DNA of 64,000 nt, from the IMG/VR virus record IMGVR_UViG_3300032334_001923, positions 1 through 64,000 of that record, one strand, 5' to 3'. The position numbers and the translations under genes are program-made. The notes beneath the pieces are model-generated. The model had not been told where the DNA came from, did no database searches, and worked only from the letters and a program-made list of their open reading frames with translations. The DNA is from a virus. Positions 52,614 through 62,041 of this stretch are shown one piece after another. The first letter of the stretch is position 1. Every line of letters begins with the position of its first letter.

Positions 52614-55100
52614 ATGATGAATAAGAACCCTTATATCTACAACCCGGTTGCTAGAATGATGCTAGAAAGCCTAAGCGATCAGCTTTTCGAAAACGAAAAG
52701 GTAGATTCACTTTTAGGAAAAGCATGCGATAATGCTCTAAATTGCTTTAAGATCCTAACTTTTGATTTAGCACCAAAGAGAGATAGGAATCCAGATGTTC
52801 TCAGAGTTAAAGTCTCTGATATAGCAAATTCTAAAGACACCAAAGAGCTAACTGCAAAGCTTTTAGATTATGCAGATGACAATGAAGTTTCTAATCCTCT
52901 CTTTGCCGAGGTTAAATCCCTCTATATTTCAAGTCTTAAAAAATTCTCCGAGGCATTAATAAGAGCTGCTGAGATAAGTAAAGAGAATAATCAGTTTATC
53001 ATTAAAAAGTTTAAATCAGATTCGGCTAAGCTTCAGGGCAGTGTTGATATCATTGCTAAACAAGCAGAAGAGGAACTCGAAAAAAAGGAGCAGGAAGAGG
53101 CTAGATTAAGCGAATCTTTAGGACCGATCAACGAAAATCTTTTTAGTGGATATAAAGGAAGAGTAGCAGATCTAAGAAAACTTCTTGCAAATCTAATAAG
53201 CTCTGCAGAAGGAAAGGATCAAAAGAACGGTTACGGAAGAGATTGGAAAAGAACATTCATCGAGCTTGATCAGCAAAGAAAAACTCTAGACACTCATAGA
53301 GGTGAGATAGGGGAAAAGAATAAAAAGAATCTTGAGGAACTAGAAAAGAAGGTTGAAAAATTCCAGGATGAATTTAATAACTCCCTTATTACTTCCTCAA
53401 ACAGAGCTCTACAAAATTTAGAGAATGACGAGGAGGTTTATACTTCTTATACTGATGTTACTGAATTGATAAATCAAGCATTGGATTATTTAACTAGAGC
53501 TAAGACACAATATGCTATAGCTATAAAAGAAATAAGCAATAGAAAGATAGTTAAAGATGAGGATATCAGTAAGATGCTATTCCCTATCAAAAAAGGAGAC
53601 AAAGACGTCAACCCTAGATTTAAGGGAAGTAAACTTATATTCAATATCCAAACAGCTTTATGTAATTCTTTACCTGCTGCAAAAAAAGCTATTACCGCTA
53701 ACGGTGGTCCTGCTGGAAACTTTGGATCTGCAACTAAATCAGTAATTGCAACTTTACAGAAAATCGCTGGTAATAAAAACGTTAACGGAGAAATCGACAA
53801 AACCCTTTTATCTAACATCTTAGATTCGGATTGGGTTTCTATGGAAGATAAGAAAGCAATTCAAAAATCTATAGAAAAAATAAAGGAAAAATCTAAGGTT
53901 AATGAATCTGTAGATTCTTATGAAATCCTCCAACTAAACGAGGAAAAAATTGTTATCAACCAATCTGAATTTGAAAAGGAATTAAAAACTCAATATAAAG
54001 AGATAACAGGTAAACCCAATTTTACTAAGCTTTCTAAAGGTGGAGAATCTGGAGGTGAAAAATCTTCTAGCGTTTCTGCTCTTGCTAAAAAGTTAAGAAG
54101 TGAATATAGCATAAAGATTGAATCTGATGATTTTGTAAAAGCAGACGGCACACTTAAATATTCATACTCTCCTGAGTTTATAGCTTCTTGGAATAAAGCT
54201 ATAGATTTAGCAAAGCCTTCTAAAGATTTCTCCTACTTCTTTACAAGAGACGGGATTTATAACATAAACATTCCTAGCTCTTCATTAAAAACTCCTTGCA
54301 ACTGGATCAAATGGGCAAACATTAGACAGATAAAAACACTAGGAAATGAAGATGCGACATCCTTTGTTGAAAACTATTTAAAGGGATGGTCAACTTTTGG
54401 ATTAATCAGACCACAATGGAGATATGAAGGAATCAGAGAACTCTTAAGAAAAAATTCAGAGCAGGGAGATGACGATTTAGCAGGTGCATACGAAATGATG
54501 GAATCTTGCATAAAGAACGGACCAGTACCTTTCGTCGATTATGACAATCTAAAGAACGAAATCGCAGATGCTTTTAGAATAGTGCTTCAGACTAAAGAAA
54601 AATCTCCAGTCCTTGGAGCTAGCGATTTTATTTCTTTGAATAACTTCTTAGTGATGATTGCCAACTGTATAAGTTTCGACGGAAGTAAATTTATCAGCTG
54701 TATAAAGTGGATCCATGATAATATCCTAGGTGAATCAACAGCTAATAGAATAACCAAAGATTCTATTGGATTTTTGGGTACTACTGTAAATGCTAAAGAT
54801 CCTTTCTTAGGGTATCAAAGCAGCAGAATTATAGTTTCAAAAACAGAAGAACTAGAGGAAGTAAGAAACAAACCAGTATCGAAAGATCCTTCCAGATCAC
54901 TATCTGGATTCCAGCCTCTAATTAAGATGGGTGAAAAAGAGGGTAAGGGAATTAGAGGATCTCTTGGAAAAAATATCTTCTACATTTCTGCTGACATTTA
55001 TCCAAGTATATCAGCACACGTAAAAAGAATGAACGCTACAAGTTTTGACGATATTCCTCAAACTGCACCTTTCAAATGTGTAAATGCAGATTCTAAATAA
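52614..55100 (+). CDS. Large hypothetical protein with putative peptidoglycan-binding domain
   Basis: IKKGD..IFNIQTAL..GPAGNFGSATKSVIATLQK..NGEID. Confidence 0.5.
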   Translation: MMNKNPYIYNPVARMMLESLSDQLFENEKVDSLLGKACDNALNCFKILTFDLAPKRDRNPDVLRVKVSDIANSKDTKELTAKLLDYADDNEVSNPLFAEVKSLYISSLKKFSEALIRAAEISKENNQFIIKKFKSDSAKLQGSVDIIAKQAEEELEKKEQEEARLSESLGPINENLFSGYKGRVADLRKLLANLISSAEGKDQKNGYGRDWKRTFIELDQQRKTLDTHRGEIGEKNKKNLEELEKKVEKFQDEFNNSLITSSNRALQNLENDEEVYTSYTDVTELINQALDYLTRAKTQYAIAIKEISNRKIVKDEDISKMLFPIKKGDKDVNPRFKGSKLIFNIQTALCNSLPAAKKAITANGGPAGNFGSATKSVIATLQKIAGNKNVNGEIDKTLLSNILDSDWVSMEDKKAIQKSIEKIKEKSKVNESVDSYEILQLNEEKIVINQSEFEKELKTQYKEITGKPNFTKLSKGGESGGEKSSSVSALAKKLRSEYSIKIESDDFVKADGTLKYSYSPEFIASWNKAIDLAKPSKDFSYFFTRDGIYNINIPSSSLKTPCNWIKWANIRQIKTLGNEDATSFVENYLKGWSTFGLIRPQWRYEGIRELLRKNSEQGDDDLAGAYEMMESCIKNGPVPFVDYDNLKNEIADAFRIVLQTKEKSPVLGASDFISLNNFLVMIANCISFDGSKFISCIKWIHDNILGESTANRITKDSIGFLGTTVNAKDPFLGYQSSRIIVSKTEELEEVRNKPVSKDPSRSLSGFQPLIKMGEKEGKGIRGSLGKNIFYISADIYPSISAHVKRMNATSFDDIPQTAPFKCVNADSK

Positions 55101-55117
55101 TCGTTAAAAATTTACAT

Positions 55118-55150
55118 AAAAGGAGAAATCTAACAGGTTTCTCCTTTTTT
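55118..55150 (+). terminator. Intrinsic terminator
   Basis: AAAAGGAGAAATC...GGTTTCTCCTTTT followed by T. Confidence 0.85.
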
Positions 55151-55157
55151 ATTGCCT

Positions 55158-55187
55158 GAAATCTTTTACTTTTGGAGTAGTATAAAA
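55158..55187 (+). promoter_or_regulatory. Putative middle promoter
   Basis: GAAAT-N17-GTATAAAA. Confidence 0.6.
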
Positions 55188-55199
55188 CTAAAAGACATC

Positions 55200-55751
55200 A
55201 TGATTTACGTTTTTGAAGGCCCAAGGAATTCGGGCAAAACATTTCTTTCTGACATTATCTCAAGCTCAATGGGAATTCCTAGATTTCAATTTGATTTTAG
55301 CGGATCTTTTAAGATGTTAAATCTCGACAGTAAAAGCAGGGAGGCACATTCTTTTGCCATGGGCAAAGAACTTATGATTATGCAGCTAGCAAAAGACCTA
55401 GACAAATCTATGCCTAGCTTTATACATGATAGGGGAATATTAAGTGTTTTGACCTGGGGAATACTTGAAAACAGAATAAGCAAATCCCAAGCTATAAGTC
55501 AATTAGAATATGTCTCTAAGTCAGGTTTACTTGAAAGAATACGAATCATTTATATAGACGGAAAAAATCCTCAGAAAAGAGTTATGAAAAAAGATGATTG
55601 GGATTTTGCAGAAAAGTCGTCTAGGGAGGAGGATATCTACAAATTCCTTATATCTCAATTATCTCAAAAAAATATATCTGTTTTCAAGAACTCTTTTGAT
55701 GCTAAATCAGTAGAAGATATCAAAACACTTTTCTCTAAAAATTTACTATAA
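55200..55751 (+). CDS. P-loop dNMP/thymidylate-kinase-like protein; start revised to 55200
   Basis: IYVFEGPRNSGKT, FIHDRG. Confidence 0.7.
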   Translation: MIYVFEGPRNSGKTFLSDIISSSMGIPRFQFDFSGSFKMLNLDSKSREAHSFAMGKELMIMQLAKDLDKSMPSFIHDRGILSVLTWGILENRISKSQAISQLEYVSKSGLLERIRIIYIDGKNPQKRVMKKDDWDFAEKSSREEDIYKFLISQLSQKNISVFKNSFDAKSVEDIKTLFSKNLL

Positions 55752-57160
55752 TGTGCGGAATACTATTAACTACCAGAGCTGAGGGATCACCTCATATCCT
55801 TGAAACTATTAATCACAGGGGCATAGAAATGTCTAGTGTGGATTTAGACGGGGTAACATTATGCCACCACCGTCTCCCGATTCAAACTCTGGATGGTGAC
55901 GAGTGGGCTCAACCAATAGAGATTTCTAGTGGGGTTTATTTGATGTTTAACGGGGAGATTTTTAATTACGATCAGGAGAAGTATTCTTCTGACACCGAAT
56001 ATCTTTGCAATCTATTTTCTAATTACCAAGGGGGCAGCTTGGAATTCTTTGCAGCCATGTATACCCCACACATTCAAACGTGGGATGGTTTTTGGGCAGT
56101 TGTAATTTACGACTCCAAAACTGGTAATGTTATAGCTTTTACCGACCCTCTGGGTAAGAAGTGTCTCTATAAAAACGAGCTGGGTGAGATCTGCTCTGAA
56201 ATAAAGGGTCTTATATCGGGTGAGAGTGAGATAGATGCCTCGTATATAAGTTCCATTAGAAAATGGGGATATAACACGGATAACCGAACCCCATATGTTA
56301 ACATCCAAAGACTTTTACCAAACAACATATATTCTTACAACATCGGATCCCCGTTATTCAACAACGTCTTTCCTAAATACTACCGCACATGGGAATCCCC
56401 CATTAGAGAGCTAATAGGAGCCGATTACGAGACGCATATGAATTGGCTATGGGATAAACTGTTTGAGAGCGTAAAACGTCGCTTAGTGTCCAAGAACTAT
56501 CCTATTTCGCTTTTAATATCGGGGGGTTTGGATTCTTCCATCATAGCGGGTATATTGAAGCAAATGGAATCTGATGTTACCTGGTTTAGTATTGAAAACG
56601 GAGAGGCCGAGTATGTTAAACTTTTAGGACAGCACCTGGGTGTACCTGTAAATTTCCTAGACTACAATATGGACCCTGATAAGGTGGCCCAAATTTATGC
56701 AGACTGGAACGAGAGTCCAGTAGATCTCGGATCTGTTATTCCCCAATATCATCTTTTTGAAGCGGTTAAGAAATATTCAGGATATCGAATAGTTCTTAGC
56801 GGAGACGGATCTGATGAGCTTTTCGGAGGATATTCTAGAATTCATGAGTATGACTCCCAGCAATCTGATGTCTTTGATGAGCTCACTTTCTACCATCTTC
56901 CTAGATTGGATAAGATGTCAATGGCTCACACTCTGGAGCTTAGAAATCCTTTTTTAAATTTAGATATCGTTAGATTTGCCTTACATCTTCCCCTAGAATG
57001 GAGAACTGACAAGAAAATCCTTAAGGACACTTTTGCCCCTTTGCTACCTGGAGAGATCGTAAATCGCAAAAAAGAGGCCCTTAAAAATCCAGAAATCAAG
57101 GAAGATAAGCTAAAATACAGACAGAAGGCGGTGGATCTTTTTTTGGATGCTATTAGATAA
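55751..57160 (+). CDS. asnB: Asparagine-synthetase-B-like glutamine amidotransferase
   Basis: MCGI, FNGEIFNY, SDTE, ISGGLDSS, SGDGSDELFGGY, DKMSMAHTLELRNPFL. Confidence 0.92.
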   Translation: MCGILLTTRAEGSPHILETINHRGIEMSSVDLDGVTLCHHRLPIQTLDGDEWAQPIEISSGVYLMFNGEIFNYDQEKYSSDTEYLCNLFSNYQGGSLEFFAAMYTPHIQTWDGFWAVVIYDSKTGNVIAFTDPLGKKCLYKNELGEICSEIKGLISGESEIDASYISSIRKWGYNTDNRTPYVNIQRLLPNNIYSYNIGSPLFNNVFPKYYRTWESPIRELIGADYETHMNWLWDKLFESVKRRLVSKNYPISLLISGGLDSSIIAGILKQMESDVTWFSIENGEAEYVKLLGQHLGVPVNFLDYNMDPDKVAQIYADWNESPVDLGSVIPQYHLFEAVKKYSGYRIVLSGDGSDELFGGYSRIHEYDSQQSDVFDELTFYHLPRLDKMSMAHTLELRNPFLNLDIVRFALHLPLEWRTDKKILKDTFAPLLPGEIVNRKKEALKNPEIKEDKLKYRQKAVDLFLDAIR

Positions 57161-57178
57161 ATTTTGTTATTTCTCTTA

Positions 57179-57186
57179 GATATATA
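57179..57186 (+). promoter_or_regulatory. Putative late promoter GATATATA
   Basis: 19 nt before ATG 57206. Confidence 0.7.
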
Positions 57187-57205
57187 GAGAAAATAGTTTT
57201 AACTA

Positions 57206-57844
57206 ATGTCCAGAATAAAAAGTTTTGAAGATTTTTCTCTAAATGAAGATTTCAGTTTACAGGGTTTGCTTTCATCTGTTCTTCCAGCTCTAGGCGGTGG
57301 ATTTATGAAAGAGGTTAAGCAAAAAATAGCTGCTAGCCTTTTAGAAAGACTCGGAATCGACGAAGGATCTGAGCTTTCAGTTCTTGTCCAAGAATTCGTA
57401 GATTCTATTCCAGTTTCAGATATACCAGGGATCGCAACAGGTGAAAATATAAACGCCAAATACTTTGCCCCTAAATTTGCTCAATTTTTACAGGAGTATG
57501 TTCAAAGAAGAGGCTTGGATAACATTGCCGCTAAATTTGGTGTTAATCCTAATGGGTGGATATACGGAATACTAAGAGAAACCCTCCAAACACAGCTGGG
57601 GAAAGAGAAGCTAACAAACTTCTTCCTTAGCGCATTCGGAGCTGGACCTAACATAGGACACGAAGCACTTAAAAATTTAAGTCCAGAGGAGAAGGATAAA
57701 TTTTCAGATGCTTTAAATAAGAGAATTTCCCAAGGCTATCAAATAGGAGGGACATCAACAAACACTGCACAAACAGCAGACAAAAAAGACGGAGGCGGAT
57801 TTTTTAGCAGTCTTTTAAAGGGCGCAGAGGAGGCACAATCTTAA
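57206..57844 (+). CDS. Putative internal head protein
   Basis: MSRIKSFEDFSLNED N-terminus. Confidence 0.5.
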   Translation: MSRIKSFEDFSLNEDFSLQGLLSSVLPALGGGFMKEVKQKIAASLLERLGIDEGSELSVLVQEFVDSIPVSDIPGIATGENINAKYFAPKFAQFLQEYVQRRGLDNIAAKFGVNPNGWIYGILRETLQTQLGKEKLTNFFLSAFGAGPNIGHEALKNLSPEEKDKFSDALNKRISQGYQIGGTSTNTAQTADKKDGGGFFSSLLKGAEEAQS

Positions 57845-57864
57845 TAACATAAAATATCCAACAT

Positions 57865-58203
57865 ATGAATTTACAAAATATAGCACAAAGAGAAGTTTTA
57901 GATTTTGGACAATTTCTAAAAAAAGTCCATGATTATAACTATAAACCACTTGCACCTTCTACTCAATCTGAGGGAGGTCTTGAAAAATCTGGTCTTTCCA
58001 AAATAAAAAGAGAACCTGCTTATGATCACGTAGGATATGCAGATTCTGTATTTGCTGGACAATCTAAGATCGACGTTCCTGGGGTTAGAATTAATACTGG
58101 GGGTCAGGGTGAAATGGTAGATGCAGCTGGATATGGAACAGCTACATTATTTAACACCAGTGAGTCTCTTCAGGTCTCAATTAAAAGACTTTCTGATTTC
58201 TAA
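57865..58203 (+). CDS. Hypothetical protein
   Basis: VLDFGQFLK near the N-terminus, IKRLSDF at the C-terminus. Confidence 0.5.
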   Translation: MNLQNIAQREVLDFGQFLKKVHDYNYKPLAPSTQSEGGLEKSGLSKIKREPAYDHVGYADSVFAGQSKIDVPGVRINTGGQGEMVDAAGYGTATLFNTSESLQVSIKRLSDF

Positions 58204-58221
58204 TCTAACCTAGATATAAAG

Positions 58222-58249
58222 AAAAAGGTCCAATTTATTGGACCTTTTT
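58222..58249. terminator. Bidirectional terminator between convergent genes
   Basis: AAAAAGGTCCAA-TTTA-TTGGACCTTTTT. Confidence 0.85.
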
Positions 58250-58981
58250 TTATTGCTCATCTTTGGAGATCACCCCTATAAATTTTTCCTTTGCAATTTT
58301 GTATATTTCCGAATCCTCCTCGAAGTTTTCGTATATCTCGATTACATAGAGAGAAGGTAAAATCCCATTATCTAAATTAAAATCGTTTAATATCTCGTGA
58401 TAGATGTATTCGTAATTTAAGGAGAAGAATGGATTTTTAATATGGATCTTTTTTAGAATGTATATCTCTTTGTCACCATCCTCCGTTTTCATAGTTACCT
58501 GAGATTTAAAGTAGTAGTTTATGAGCTTGTCGGTAACCATGTTTCTGATGATCACTATCCCCGATTTATTTTCCTCTCCTTGCTCAAACTTGGATTGAAT
58601 TCTAAAGATCTTGATCTTAGATTCCTCTCCCTTAAGTATCTCCAGGCATATCTCAGAATACCCATATAAAGTTTCAAGAGATTTTTCTACTATTTCTTCT
58701 ATTGAAGAAGACTCTTCTTTAGTCAGCTCCTTTTTCAGTAGCTTTTCTGTAAAATCAAGATCCTCCTTTTTCAAGAATTTCTTTATCGAATCTATTTTAC
58801 CGCTTTCTTTATATTCATTTAGGGTCTTAACGATCCTTGATACCTCCCTTATTACAGAATAGCAATTTTCCTCGTTTAGATCTTTACTTACGGATTTTAG
58901 ATAATCTAATAAAACATATTCCTTGTGCTCTGGGTCCAAAGGTTCTTTTAAAAACCAAATAGGACTTAATTTCTTCTTCAT
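58250..58981 (-). CDS. Hypothetical protein, the only credible minus-strand gene; start revised to 58981 (MKKKLSPIWF)
   Basis: Occupies a + strand gap, ends at the bidirectional terminator, AATATATA on the minus strand at 59003..59010. Confidence 0.7.
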   Translation of the reverse strand: MKKKLSPIWFLKEPLDPEHKEYVLLDYLKSVSKDLNEENCYSVIREVSRIVKTLNEYKESGKIDSIKKFLKKEDLDFTEKLLKKELTKEESSSIEEIVEKSLETLYGYSEICLEILKGEESKIKIFRIQSKFEQGEENKSGIVIIRNMVTDKLINYYFKSQVTMKTEDGDKEIYILKKIHIKNPFFSLNYEYIYHEILNDFNLDNGILPSLYVIEIYENFEEDSEIYKIAKEKFIGVISKDEQ

Positions 58982-59034
58982 CCGGTGATTTTTTGTATAT
59001 TCTATATATTTCACCGTATAAAAATAAAGGATGG

Positions 59035-59042
59035 GATATATA
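59035..59042 (+). promoter_or_regulatory. Putative late promoter GATATATA
   Basis: 17 nt before ATG 59060. Confidence 0.7.
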
Positions 59043-59059
59043 CAATAAAAGACCAAATA

Positions 59060-59497
59060 ATGGGCAGGGTTTACGATTATAATCAATTTTCATTCTCTAA
59101 AACAGGGGCAAATAGAGGGGACTACTCATTTGGCCATGAGTTAAAGTATATAGATATCGACATTCACAACAGGCCGGAGGAATATGAGAATATAACCGAT
59201 TCCAAGGCATTTATTAACTACTCTGTTAGCTTGGAGGTTAGGAAAATCGGAATAGAATCTATTTTTTTTAATGTTGATTCCGTTGAGCTTGAGTTTTCTG
59301 TTGATGATTATCCAAATCCAGGAAAGGATTTTGATATTGATCTAATACCAGGAAAAACGATAGACATTGGCCAGATTATAGACGAAGTCGAATCTTGTTC
59401 AATACCAACATATCCTACAGGTTTATCGGTAAACATGAACGGATCAACGGACCCTAAGAAATTTAACGTAACCGTCAAATTCGGTACATCATCATAA
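59060..59497 (+). CDS. Hypothetical protein; start revised to 59060
   Basis: MGRVYDYNQF N-terminus after the late promoter. Confidence 0.55.
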   Translation: MGRVYDYNQFSFSKTGANRGDYSFGHELKYIDIDIHNRPEEYENITDSKAFINYSVSLEVRKIGIESIFFNVDSVELEFSVDDYPNPGKDFDIDLIPGKTIDIGQIIDEVESCSIPTYPTGLSVNMNGSTDPKKFNVTVKFGTSS

Positions 59498-59514
59498 TAA
59501 AAGCCGAAAGAAAC

Positions 59515-60459
59515 ATGACAGTTAAGAGTTTTTCAGAATTCATCGTACTTAAAGAATCCCAAACTTATAATATCCCAGGAATAAAGGATATTAGAGGCGG
59601 GGGACTTGAGATAGATGTACACGATGTATCCGATGAAGGATCAGAGCCAGAACATGATAGAATTATTATAACTAAAAAGAACGGAACATCGGTTTGTATT
59701 TCTTACATCAACGACGAAGGAAAGGAAATGGAATCCCTCTGGATTCCACTGAGTGGACTGGATGCGGTAAAAGATGCTGCTGGAAAAATTTCCAAGCTGA
59801 TTCTAGATCCATATAAAAAATGGATAGCTTCAAGCGATAACTTTTCCAAAGTTGATGACTTTATAGAAAACTTTACTGAATATCTAGAGGGTGGAAGAAA
59901 TTCAGATTTCTCTACTCTTGAGAATTCAGCAAAAGACGATGTTGAAATAATTATAGATGTTCTAGGAATACCTAACGGGATCAGAGAGTTTAAAAAAGGA
60001 AATGGTGAATATTGCTGGGAAGCTATTCTTGATAATGGATCATTAGTTGAAATAGTCAAAAGATCGAAAGACGATTTAATGGGATCTTTCAGCTTTTATA
60101 AAAATGAGAGTGATCACATGCCTTCTCTCTGTATTAAAAATTCAGGGACAAATAAAACATCTCTTTTTACTCTTCCTGATAATTTAAAAATAGAAGAAGA
60201 GGTGGGAGTTTCAGATCTTAAAAAATCAGATCCCTATTACTCTTACCTTCTTAAAAAATCATTAGGACTTGAATCTAAACCTGATGAGGACAAGTTAATA
60301 GAATATTTTAGAGATCTAGTTAGCAAAGGTTACCACAAGCCGGATGAATCTTTGGACCCCGAGAAAAACTCAGAAAAACAAGAGAGATCCAAGAAGATAG
60401 TAAAAATTCTTCGAACATTCCTTCCAGCTACAGAGGTTGAAAATCTCTGCATAGCATAA
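59515..60459 (+). CDS. Putative internal head protein
   Basis: MTVKSFSEFIVLKES N-terminus. Confidence 0.5.
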   Translation: MTVKSFSEFIVLKESQTYNIPGIKDIRGGGLEIDVHDVSDEGSEPEHDRIIITKKNGTSVCISYINDEGKEMESLWIPLSGLDAVKDAAGKISKLILDPYKKWIASSDNFSKVDDFIENFTEYLEGGRNSDFSTLENSAKDDVEIIIDVLGIPNGIREFKKGNGEYCWEAILDNGSLVEIVKRSKDDLMGSFSFYKNESDHMPSLCIKNSGTNKTSLFTLPDNLKIEEEVGVSDLKKSDPYYSYLLKKSLGLESKPDEDKLIEYFRDLVSKGYHKPDESLDPEKNSEKQERSKKIVKILRTFLPATEVENLCIA

Positions 60460-60466
60460 CATCAAC

Positions 60467-60496
60467 GAAACATTTCATCTTTCCTCTCCTAGAATT
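60467..60496 (+). promoter_or_regulatory. Putative middle promoter
   Basis: GAAAC-N17-CTAGAATT. Confidence 0.65.
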
Positions 60497-60500
60497 TAGA

Positions 60501-60764
60501 ATGGAGTTAAAGGAGGATTTCCACTTAGATTACGGTCAGACCACAGTTCTTAAAAATTTTAAGGATCCTAAGATAGTGGAGTTTTCTAGATATCAGGATA
60601 AAGAGATTCTGACAAAATCCTACAACTCAATAAAGAAAACAAGCTCGGAAACGCCAAGTATTATTTTAAATGCTCCGTTTAATTTCACGGGCATACATTT
60701 AAAAAATATCGAATATGAACTTGAGATAAAAGGAACAAAAGAGACGAAAAAGAGTAAAAAATAA
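60501..60764 (+). CDS. Hypothetical protein
   Basis: 87-aa ORF directly after the middle promoter. Confidence 0.55.
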   Translation: MELKEDFHLDYGQTTVLKNFKDPKIVEFSRYQDKEILTKSYNSIKKTSSETPSIILNAPFNFTGIHLKNIEYELEIKGTKETKKSKK

Positions 60765-60768
60765 TAAA

Positions 60769-61443
60769 ATGGGGAGTTTTTTAAGGTCCCTATTTGGGAC
60801 AAATAAAAATAGAAAAAAAATGGACAATTCCGAACAATTAGTACAAGAGACCATCGAAAGATATTCTGGTCTGGATTTTCAATGGGTTAAGGGAGATAGA
60901 TTATCTTCGGTTGAAAAATACAAGAGCGTATATTCTAATGGAGAATTTGTTTTTATAGAGTTTCAAAGCGGGGAAAAAATAAATGCGGATTTAGTAAATG
61001 AATACATGGTAACTTTCCCAGCTTCAAACATAGATTTTACATCAAATCAGGCACCAAATCCTGATCCAAAGCCCAAACAAGTTCCAGCTCCTAAGCAATC
61101 TTCAGTAACGTCTATAGTTTATGAAAATGATGACTCTAAGCAGCATCAAGTAGACTCTCCGATATATAAGCTACTTAAAAAGCAAAAGAAAAACATGGTA
61201 GAGGTTTCAATTAAGATAAAATTGAATCTTCCGCCTAAAGATCTTTATACTGTTTTATTAGGTTCTTTCGATGAGGCAGAAAAAGAGATAATAGATTTCG
61301 TACTTGATGGGGTTGACATAGAAAACATTAAAACTGCTCTAGCTGAGTCTATTAAAAGAAGCTACTATTCACAGAATAAGATAGATTCGGAAAAGACCCC
61401 AGGTAAAAAATCTCAGGATAAATTAACAACAGAAAAAGAATAA
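60769..61443 (+). CDS. Hypothetical protein
   Basis: 224-aa ORF in operon. Confidence 0.55.
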   Translation: MGSFLRSLFGTNKNRKKMDNSEQLVQETIERYSGLDFQWVKGDRLSSVEKYKSVYSNGEFVFIEFQSGEKINADLVNEYMVTFPASNIDFTSNQAPNPDPKPKQVPAPKQSSVTSIVYENDDSKQHQVDSPIYKLLKKQKKNMVEVSIKIKLNLPPKDLYTVLLGSFDEAEKEIIDFVLDGVDIENIKTALAESIKRSYYSQNKIDSEKTPGKKSQDKLTTEKE

Positions 61444-61444
61444 A

Positions 61445-62035
61445 ATGAATTCGAAAATAGAAGAAAAAGTAATCTCGTCAACCCCATGGTTTGATGTGAT
61501 AGAAAGAGAAGGAAATTTTGGTGTTAAAACCACTGCTGAATCCGTTATAATACTGCCTTTTATTTCTGACGATCAGGGATTACCTCTAATGATAGGAGTA
61601 CTAAAAGAAAGGAATCATTTCAGAGAAGGTGGTTATTCATTAAGTCTTGTCTCTGGTAAATGTGAAGACGAGGATCCAAATTTTTTAGAGACTGCTAAAA
61701 GAGAGTTGAAAGAAGAGTCCGGATTTAATGTTGACGATAACGATAAATGGTTTTTTCTAGGAACAGTAACAGCTTCTAAATTCGTAGATTCTGAGCATCC
61801 TTGTTTTGCTGTCGATGTAACTGGTTTATCTAAAGGAGAGGCAAAAACAGACGGATCTGAAAATGAAAAGCTCTCAACATTTTCTTTCATTCCAGCAAAC
61901 GATGTCGTTAAAACTAAGGACGTTTTTATCCCTGCACTTTTCTTAAAACTTTTCAAATACGTTGTTGGAATGGATCTATATAAGAGAGATGATTCAGTTT
62001 TCGGTAACCCTAAAGGATTCACAGCAGAAATTTAA
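61445..62035 (+). CDS. Nudix hydrolase (NDP-sugar pyrophosphatase-like)
   Basis: GKCEDEDPNFLETAKRELKEESGF Nudix box. Confidence 0.85.
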   Translation: MNSKIEEKVISSTPWFDVIEREGNFGVKTTAESVIILPFISDDQGLPLMIGVLKERNHFREGGYSLSLVSGKCEDEDPNFLETAKRELKEESGFNVDDNDKWFFLGTVTASKFVDSEHPCFAVDVTGLSKGEAKTDGSENEKLSTFSFIPANDVVKTKDVFIPALFLKLFKYVVGMDLYKRDDSVFGNPKGFTAEI

Positions 62036-62041
62036 AAAAAC

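Noticed and set aside
61161-61168. Functional internal late promoter in the 224-aa gene
   Set aside because: Exact GATATATA precedes an in-frame Met (61195), but the operon is middle-type and there is no domain boundary evidence; may be chance
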